Positions 10,624 to 19,203 of a stretch of DNA of 64,000 bases are shown piece by piece. Position numbers and translations under genes: made by a program. Origin of the DNA: Lysobacter sp. CA196 (GTDB lineage Bacteria; Pseudomonadota; Gammaproteobacteria; Xanthomonadales; Xanthomonadaceae); the NCBI RefSeq assembly GCF_052078695.1, contig NZ_JBQJIN010000031.1:1494-65493 (forward strand), read 5' to 3'. The stretch's first letter is position 1, and each line of letters opens with the position of its first letter. The notes beneath the pieces were generated by a model. That model was not told the DNA's origin and did not search any database. It saw nothing but the letters and a program-made list of their open reading frames with translations.

Positions 10624-13188
10624 TCAGCCGCCCGGCTTGATCGCAGCGACGGCGGCGGCTTTCGCCATATCGCGCTGCGCCGCCGAAGCATCGGCGACGT
10701 TCATCGCCAGATACACCTGGCCGCCGGCCGGATCGGCGTAAGCGCGGCCGCGATGGGCGGCGATCCAACGGGTTTCGGTCGTGGCCTCGTCCTTGCGGCC
10801 GGCCGCGAGCAAGGCGTCGCGCAAGGCAACGTGGGCCTGGAAGGGTTCGCTGCCGTCGCTGAGGCCGCGCAATTCGCGGATCGCCTCGTCGGGCTTGCCG
10901 GCCAGGCGCAACTGCTCGGCGCGCGCGACCTGCAACAGCTTGCGCGACAGGCCGCTGCCGCTGCCGTTCACCGCTTTGACCACGCGCGGCAACAGGCGTT
11001 CGGCCAGGGCCCGGTCGCCCTGACGCTGGGCCAGGCGCAGCGCGGCCAACGCATTCAAGGCCAGGTCGTCCTGATCGGCGCTGTTGGGCTTGCCGGCATC
11101 GGCCAGCACCGAGTCGGCGAACAGCTCGATCTCGGCCGAGGCCGGCGGGTCCTTGCCGGACACGCTGCGCACGACCAAGTCGGTGAAGCGCAGCGGATGC
11201 CGGACCAGGATGCTGGCGCTGCGCGAGGCCCGCGCCGCTTCGCGCGCGATTTCGGCGGCCTTGGCGTACTGGCCCTGGTCCAGCGGCACGGCGATGCGCT
11301 CGAACTGGTCGACCAAGTTCCCGCTGACGACATGCCCCTGCTCGGTCAGCGAATCGAGGATGCGGTTGGCCTCGTCGAACCGGCGCATCGCCGCCAACGC
11401 CGAGGCATGGCGGCGGTTGGGCGCGTAGTGGCCGCTGAGCTCGGCCTGCTTGAACGAATCCAGTGCCTTGGCATAACGCTCTTGCGACAGGTGGATGCGC
11501 CCGGCCAGCTCGAAGGCGACGTTGCGCAAGGGCTCCTGCGGCGCGGTCGCGGCGGTGGTCGCGGCCAGCGCACTGTCGAAGCGGTTGGCGAGGAACTCCG
11601 ACCAGGCGTATTGATAGCGCCCGGCGAAGTAATCCGGATACACCCCGGCCAGCAACTTCCACTTGCCCGGCGCATGCAAGGAGGGCTGCGGACCGAACTC
11701 GGCCGCCCAGGCGTCGAGATACAGGGCTTCGCGCGGGGTCAGGTGGTCGCGCAGTTCCTGCGCGCGCTCCAGGTAGGGCCGCGCGCTGTCGGTGTCGGCG
11801 TTGCTGACGTAGACACGCATGATGCCCATGTGCGCCAGGGCGAAGTTCTGGTCGATCTGGACCGCGCGCTGGAAGTACTGCTGGGCCTCGTCGAACTGGC
11901 GATGGGCGTAGGCCTTGCTGCCGAGCGCATAGGCGCGCAGCGCATCGAGGTTGCCGGTCGCCACCTTGGGCAGCGGTTCGGAATCCTTGTCGATGCTCTT
12001 GAGCGCTTCGCCGAGCTTGCCGCGCAGCGCGGTGGTGACCTCGTCGATCGAGGTCAGCGCCGAGGCCGCACCGACGCCGTCGGCCGACTCGGCATACACC
12101 GTGGTCTGGGTGTGCGGGTCGATCACCTCTGCGCTGACCCGCACCCGGCCGCCGACTTCGGCCACCGTCGGCAGGATCACCGCGCGCGCGCCGTCGCGCA
12201 GCGCGATCTCCGAAGCGACCGCGCGGTCGAGCACGGTGTCGACCTTGCGCTGCATGCGGTCGAGGGTGTCGCGCGCCTTGAGGTCGGACAGCACGTTGAC
12301 GTAACGCGATTGCTCCAGGCTGATGCGGAAGGCCTGTTCCAGCGAATCGTCGAGCACGCTCTGCCCGGTCAGATTGCGCAGGTCGCCGACCACCACCCAG
12401 TCGCGCTGGTTGAAGGCGATCGCCGGCTGCGGCCGGGTCGCGAACCACACGCCGGTGCCGATCATCGCGAGCAAGGCGACTTCGGCGGCCAGCGCGGCTG
12501 GACGCCGCCACAAGGGAATGTCGCGCCAGGCCTTGGGCCCGTTCGGCGGCGCCCGCAACGGCGCGATGCCGGGCTCGCCGACTTCGTAGATTTCCTGCGG
12601 CTCCGGCACGCCCTTGAAGCGCCAGCGGCCGTGCGATTTCCACAACAGTTGCTGGCCGCGTTCGCCGAGCTCGCGCGCGGCGCGGTGCGCCAGCGGCTCG
12701 GCGATCGCCGACAGCAGGATCTGGCCGGGACGCGCGGTCGCCATCAAGCGGCCCGCCATCGGCTTGGCCAGGCCTTCGACCTCGACCGGCTTGGCGCCGA
12801 CCCGCACCGCCTCGTCGCTGTTGCGCCAGGTCAGCACTTCGCCGACGTGCAGGCCGGCGCGGGCCTGCAGGATCAGTTTGCGCGGCGCGCCGAGTTCGCG
12901 CAGGCCGCGGGCATAGTCGAGGGCGAAACCGAGCCCGTCGATGGGCCGCTCGAACAGCAGCAGCAAACCGTCGGAGCGGTCGATCAGGCGGCCGCGCCAA
13001 CGCTGCTGCAACTGCAGCACCAGGCGGTCGTGCTCGCGGAACAACGACGCAGCCGGACCGTCGCCGAGCCGTTCGACCAGGGTGGTCGAATCGCACAGGT
13101 CGGTCAGCAACAACGTCCGCAATTGCGGCCCGTCGGCGTTGGGTCGGTGGGCGTCGTTCATGACGGCATCCTTGTCGACGCGGCTCAT
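10624..13188 (-). CDS. class-III adenylate/guanylate cyclase-homology domain + TM + TPR repeat protein (putative peptide-modification system 'cyclase')
   Basis: N-terminus LRTLLLTDLCDSTTLVERLGD...RAGLHVGEV resembles the nucleotidyl cyclase catalytic fold. One TM helix follows, then long TPR/Sel1-like helical repeats. The start at 13188 overlaps the upstream stop as ATGA. An alternative start at 13161 has an AAGGA RBS. Confidence 0.65.
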   Translation of the reverse strand: MSRVDKDAVMNDAHRPNADGPQLRTLLLTDLCDSTTLVERLGDGPAASLFREHDRLVLQLQQRWRGRLIDRSDGLLLLFERPIDGLGFALDYARGLRELGAPRKLILQARAGLHVGEVLTWRNSDEAVRVGAKPVEVEGLAKPMAGRLMATARPGQILLSAIAEPLAHRAARELGERGQQLLWKSHGRWRFKGVPEPQEIYEVGEPGIAPLRAPPNGPKAWRDIPLWRRPAALAAEVALLAMIGTGVWFATRPQPAIAFNQRDWVVVGDLRNLTGQSVLDDSLEQAFRISLEQSRYVNVLSDLKARDTLDRMQRKVDTVLDRAVASEIALRDGARAVILPTVAEVGGRVRVSAEVIDPHTQTTVYAESADGVGAASALTSIDEVTTALRGKLGEALKSIDKDSEPLPKVATGNLDALRAYALGSKAYAHRQFDEAQQYFQRAVQIDQNFALAHMGIMRVYVSNADTDSARPYLERAQELRDHLTPREALYLDAWAAEFGPQPSLHAPGKWKLLAGVYPDYFAGRYQYAWSEFLANRFDSALAATTAATAPQEPLRNVAFELAGRIHLSQERYAKALDSFKQAELSGHYAPNRRHASALAAMRRFDEANRILDSLTEQGHVVSGNLVDQFERIAVPLDQGQYAKAAEIAREAARASRSASILVRHPLRFTDLVVRSVSGKDPPASAEIELFADSVLADAGKPNSADQDDLALNALAALRLAQRQGDRALAERLLPRVVKAVNGSGSGLSRKLLQVARAEQLRLAGKPDEAIRELRGLSDGSEPFQAHVALRDALLAAGRKDEATTETRWIAAHRGRAYADPAGGQVYLAMNVADASAAQRDMAKAAAVAAIKPGG

Positions 13189-14234
13189 GCCGACGTCAGT
13201 TCCGCGTCCTGCCAATGCACGCGATTGCCGCCCAATCGCTTGGCCTGGTACAGCGCGCCGTCGGCGTGCGCATACCAGTCATTCCATTCGTGTTTCGCGC
13301 TGACCAGGCAGGCGCCGACGCTGACCGGACAGATGGTCGGCGGCGATTGCGGGATCAGCAGCAGGCCGTGCACGGTCGAGACGATGAAGTCGGCGAAGCG
13401 CATCACGTCCTGGCGCGTCGAGGCCGCGACCAGCAGGCAGAACTCGTCGCCGCCGAGCCGGCAGGCGATGTCCTCGGGGCCGGCCACCGAGCGCAGGATG
13501 TTGGCGACGCTCTGCAGCACGCGGTCGCCGACCAGATGGCCGTGGTCGTCGTTGACCTGCTTGAAGCGATCGCAGTCGATCAGGATCAGGCCCATCGTGT
13601 CGGGCATGCCGACGCTGCGGCTTTCCTGCAGGTGCAGGGTCAGGCCGCGACGGTTGTACAGGCCGGTCAGGTCGTCGGTGCGGATCAGCTCTTCGGTCTG
13701 GTTGAGCTGGTGGGTGGTCGCGTACAGGCTGTCGAGCGCCGCTTCCAGGTCCTGGTTGCGGCGGCGCAGGCGCCGGATCAGGCTTTGTTCGTTGAGCACC
13801 ACCCGCATGATCGCGCGGCGCAGGAAATACGAAACCAGGGACGGGTCGCGATCGACCAGACGCTGGAACTCCTCGTGACGCAACTCGACCAGCAGGCCGT
13901 CGGTGGCGGCGATCGCGTCGGCGCTGCGGGCGTGGTCGCCGATCAGCAGGCCGAGCTCGCCGAAGAACTCGCGCACGCTCAGGCGCTTGGTGACCAGGTC
14001 GTCGCCGAAGTCCAGGACGATCGCGCCGCGCGCGATCACGAACATGGTGGTGCCGAGTTCGCCGCGGCGGAACAGCACCTGCCCGGCCTCGACCCGGCGC
14101 GGCCGCCCGATCTCGGCGAACAGCTCGAATTCGCCGGGCGTCAGCACGGCCATAGCCACGTCCGTTGGCGCCGCGGTCGCTGTCGAGTTGTCGGTTTCGC
14201 GGCCCATCGAGGGCACCGCCATGTCGCGATTCAT
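13185..14234 (-). CDS. cyclic-nucleotide-binding domain + GGDEF diguanylate cyclase
   Basis: cNMP-binding fold (LTPGEFELFAEIGRPRRVEAGQVLFRRGE...FGELGLL) followed by GGDEF (RLGGDEF). GGGGAGAT RBS precedes the MNRDMAV start. Confidence 0.75.
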   Translation of the reverse strand: MNRDMAVPSMGRETDNSTATAAPTDVAMAVLTPGEFELFAEIGRPRRVEAGQVLFRRGELGTTMFVIARGAIVLDFGDDLVTKRLSVREFFGELGLLIGDHARSADAIAATDGLLVELRHEEFQRLVDRDPSLVSYFLRRAIMRVVLNEQSLIRRLRRRNQDLEAALDSLYATTHQLNQTEELIRTDDLTGLYNRRGLTLHLQESRSVGMPDTMGLILIDCDRFKQVNDDHGHLVGDRVLQSVANILRSVAGPEDIACRLGGDEFCLLVAASTRQDVMRFADFIVSTVHGLLLIPQSPPTICPVSVGACLVSAKHEWNDWYAHADGALYQAKRLGGNRVHWQDAELTSA

Positions 14235-14849
14235 CCCGATCTCCCCACACCCCTCATCCTGTGGGGTTCCACCAGCAGGATAGCATCTGGTCTGAACTGC
14301 TAACGCGGGTTTGGGGCCGAAACGGCCAGCCCCGCGCCGATCTCCGCGGCCCATTGCGCGGTCGATACGTTGCAATAGCGTGGCAGCGGCGACCAAGCGT
14401 TACGCAAAGGAAACACCGCGCAACTAGGGGTTTTCGCTAAAAGCGCCGGCCGCGGCAAAGTCGCGGCGGCCTGTTCATGCGCGGCTCCGGCCCCTGCCCT
14501 CGCCCGGCCGCACACCGACATAGACCAATTGGTTATATGCGACCACCGGACCCCAGCGGCGGTCGCCGCGCGACCGTCCGGCCTGGGTCCGGCTCGGCTC
14601 GAGCCTCGGCCTGCGCGATCCGCCACTCGTTTCCGGTGCCTGGTCTGTTCTCGCGATCGCCGGCCCCTCCAAGCGACGCACAAGAGAAGGACGGGACGGT
14701 GCACGCCGGCTGTCGGGGTAGCTCGGCGGAGCATCGACCTGGACGACGTGCGGGCTTGGGGCGCCAGGCCACTGTCGCCTGCCGCACGGATCGAAGTGCG
14801 CGTCGAAATGCGCGCGTCACCGACGCCGCCGCGACGCCCCCACAACGAA

Positions 14850-14873
14850 GAAGGGCCCCTTGCGGAGCCCTTC
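14850..14873 (-). terminator. hairpin downstream of aceA
   Basis: gaagggc/gcccttc stem about 35 nt after the aceA stop. Confidence 0.3.
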
Positions 14874-14909
14874 CTCGTCCCTATCCCCTTGCGACGTGCG
14901 GACGACGGC

Positions 14910-16211
14910 TCAGGCGGCGGCCTTGCTGTCGTCGTGGAACTGTTCTTCCTCGGTCGAACCCTTCAGCGCCACGGTCGAGGACTGGTTGCCCTGGATCGTC
15001 TGAGTCACCGCGTCGAAATAACCGGTGCCGACCTCGCGCTGATGCTTGACCGCGGTAAAGCCCTTCTCGGCGGCGGCGAACTCGGCTTCCTGCAGTTCCA
15101 CGAACGCGCTCATCTGGCGGCGCGCATAACCGTGGGCGAGGTTGAACATGCCGTAGTTGAGGCTGTGGAAACCGGCCAGGGTGATGAACTGGAACTTGTA
15201 GCCGTAGCCGGCGATTTCCTTCTGGAACTTGGCGATGGTCGCGTCGTCGAGGTTCTTCTTCCAGTTGAAGCTCGGCGAGCAGTTATAGGCCAGCAGCTTG
15301 CCCGGGAACTTGGCATGGATGGCCTCGGCGAACTTGCGCGCGAACTCCAGGTCCGGCTTGCCGGTCTCGCACCACACCAGGTCGGCGTAAGGCGCATAAG
15401 CCAGGCCGCGGCTGATCGCCTGGTCGAGACCGTTGCGGGTCTTGTAGAAACCTTCCACGGTGCGCTCGCCGGTGGCGAAGGGCTGGTCGTTCGGGTCGAT
15501 GTCGGCGGTCAGCAGGTCGGCGGCTTCGGCATCGGTGCGCGCGACGATCAGGGTCGGCACGCCCATGACGTCGGCCGCCAGGCGCGCGGCGACCAGCTTC
15601 TCGACCGCTTCGCGGGTCGGCACCAGCACCTTGCCGCCCATGTGGCCGCACTTCTTGACCGAGGCGAGCTGGTCTTCGAAATGCACGCCCGAGGCGCCGG
15701 CCTCGATCATGCCCTTCATCAGTTCGAAGGCGTTGAGCACGCCGCCGAAGCCGGCTTCGGCGTCGGCCACGATCGGCTGCAGGAAGTCGACGTCGCCGCC
15801 GCCTTCCGAGCACTGGATCTGGTCGGCGCGCAGCAGGGTGTTGTTGATGCGGCGCACGACCTGCGGCACCGAGTTGGCCGGGTACAACGACTGGTCGGGG
15901 TACATCTCGCCGGCGATGTTGGCGTCGGCGGCGACCTGCCAGCCCGACAGATAGATCGCCTTGAGGCCGGCCTTGACCTGCTGCATGGCCTGGTTGCCGG
16001 TCAGCGCGCCGAGCGCGTTGACGAAGTCTTCGGTGTGCAGGGACTTCCACAGCTTGTTGGCGCCGAGCTTGGCGATCGAATGCTCGACCGGCACCGTGCC
16101 GCGCAGGCGCACCACGTCTTCGGCCGAGTACGGACGGGTGATGCCGGCCCAACGCGGGTTGCAGGCCCAGTCGTTACGGAGTTGATCGGCGGTCGGCAGG
16201 GTGTGGCTCAT
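14910..16211 (-). CDS. aceA: isocitrate lyase
   Basis: 433-aa product with the ICL signature KKCGHMGGK and overall ICL similarity. Confidence 0.9.
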   Translation of the reverse strand: MSHTLPTADQLRNDWACNPRWAGITRPYSAEDVVRLRGTVPVEHSIAKLGANKLWKSLHTEDFVNALGALTGNQAMQQVKAGLKAIYLSGWQVAADANIAGEMYPDQSLYPANSVPQVVRRINNTLLRADQIQCSEGGGDVDFLQPIVADAEAGFGGVLNAFELMKGMIEAGASGVHFEDQLASVKKCGHMGGKVLVPTREAVEKLVAARLAADVMGVPTLIVARTDAEAADLLTADIDPNDQPFATGERTVEGFYKTRNGLDQAISRGLAYAPYADLVWCETGKPDLEFARKFAEAIHAKFPGKLLAYNCSPSFNWKKNLDDATIAKFQKEIAGYGYKFQFITLAGFHSLNYGMFNLAHGYARRQMSAFVELQEAEFAAAEKGFTAVKHQREVGTGYFDAVTQTIQGNQSSTVALKGSTEEEQFHDDSKAAA

Positions 16212-16263
16212 GACTTCGATTCCTTACGTATGGGTCGTGTGACGTGGGGTGTGGTGTGGTTGT

Positions 16264-16344
16264 GGGTAGGAGCGGCGCTAGCCGCGTCCTCGGGTTGGCG
16301 ACGTAGTTGCGGTGCCACGGTCGCGGCTGGCGCCGCTCCTACCC
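16264..16344. repeat. GTAG-type REP inverted pair (REP family 1) in the aceB-aceA intergenic region
   Basis: gggtaggagcggcgctagccgcg and its inverted complement cgcggctggcgccgctcctaccc. The same family occurs at 30396, 30814 and 63158. Confidence 0.7.
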
Positions 16345-16354
16345 CAAAAACGGG

Positions 16355-17989
<1,635 letters not shown>

Positions 17990-18077
17990 CGGTGCGACTC
18001 CTGGGGATCATCCTTGGTGGGGATCTGGCGGCTCCCGACGAGCCGGCCTCTTGCCCCAGACCATGCGCTGGCGTCTT

Positions 18078-18095
18078 GTATTTGACAATCAAGTT
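18078..18095. promoter_or_regulatory. LysR-type T-N11-A box candidate in the aceB/LysR divergent, AT-rich intergenic region
   Basis: Palindrome TTGACAATCAA within an AT-rich 150-bp region between divergent aceB and a LysR gene. Confidence 0.35.
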
Positions 18096-18138
18096 TTTTC
18101 AATGCATATCATTTGAGTAACTTATATGTAGTTCTCAA

Positions 18139-19107
18139 GTGGCCACGACACGCAGCCTAAGTCCGCGATTTGCTTACAAAGGCGACCGGCTCAAGCCGCT
18201 GCGCGCCTTCTGCCAGACCGCGCGCCTGGGCTCAGTCTCACGAGCTGCTGAGGCGCTCTATCTGAGCCAGCCGGCAGTCACCCTTCAGCTTCAGGCGCTG
18301 GAACGCGAGATGGGCGTGCGCCTGCTCGAGCGCAGCGGCCGCCGCCTGGCCCTGACCCGCGAAGGCCAGGAACTGTACGAACTGGCCCGGCCCCTGGTCG
18401 AAGGCCTGGACGCCCTCGACGGCACCTTCCGCGAACGCATCCGCGGCCTGGACGCGGGCGAGCTCAACGTCGCCGCCGGCAGTTCGACCATCCTGTATCT
18501 GCTGCCGAAGATCGTCGAAGCCTTCCGCGCGGCCCATCCCGAGGTCCGCCTCACCCTGCACAACGTCACCGGCGCCGGCGGCCTGGACCTGCTGCGCTCG
18601 GACGCGGTCGACCTGGCCGTCGGCTCGATGCTCGACGTGCCCGGCGACCTCAGCTACGCCCCGGTCTATCGCTTCGAGCCGATGCTGATCACCCCGCGCG
18701 ATCACCCGCTGGCCAAGCTCGACACCCTGACCCTGCAGGACCTCGGCCCCTACGGCCTGATCCTGCCGCCGCAGCGGCTGACCACCTACCGCATGGTCGA
18801 CGTGGTGTTCCAGCAGAACCGGGTGCCGTACACGGTCGCGCTCGAAGTCGGCGGCTGGGAGGTGATCAAGCAATACGTGGCGATGGGGCTCGGCATCAGC
18901 ATCGTCACCGCGATCTGCCTGACCGACGCCGACCGCGCGCGGCTGTCGGCGCGCTCGCTGGCCGAGTATTTCCCGTCGCGCAGCTACGGCGTGGTGGTGC
19001 GCAAAGGCAAGTATCTGTCGCCGCAGGCGCGCGCCTTCACCGAGCTGATCCAGCCGGACCTGTTCGTGCGCGGCGATTACTACGCGACCGGTCAGTCCGA
19101 TCGCTGA
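18139..19107 (+). CDS. LysR family transcriptional regulator (divergent from aceBA)
   Basis: N-terminal HTH ...ARLGSVSRAAEALYLSQPAVTLQLQALEREMGVRLLER plus a LysR substrate-binding domain. Confidence 0.85.
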   Translation: MATTRSLSPRFAYKGDRLKPLRAFCQTARLGSVSRAAEALYLSQPAVTLQLQALEREMGVRLLERSGRRLALTREGQELYELARPLVEGLDALDGTFRERIRGLDAGELNVAAGSSTILYLLPKIVEAFRAAHPEVRLTLHNVTGAGGLDLLRSDAVDLAVGSMLDVPGDLSYAPVYRFEPMLITPRDHPLAKLDTLTLQDLGPYGLILPPQRLTTYRMVDVVFQQNRVPYTVALEVGGWEVIKQYVAMGLGISIVTAICLTDADRARLSARSLAEYFPSRSYGVVVRKGKYLSPQARAFTELIQPDLFVRGDYYATGQSDR

Positions 19108-19203
19108 TCGCGGCAGCTGATCGCTCGTTGCCGATCGGGCGAATACGACGGGGCGGGAGCTCGCGCCCCCGCCCCGCCGTTGCTACCGCAACCTCAACCG
19201 AAC

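Noticed and set aside
10043-13878. Very long ORFs (1017 aa minus, 1041 aa plus) across the cyclase-homology/TPR gene
   Set aside because: Both are compositionally biased nonsense (poly-Arg/Pro/Gly). The third frame gives the TPR/cyclase-domain protein.
14700-14800. tRNA-like GGGGTAGCTCGG...GGATCGAAG stretch
   Set aside because: The distance between the D-loop-like and T-loop-like motifs is ~75 nt, far too long for a tRNA. There is no TTCGAAT T-loop and no acceptor stem pairing.
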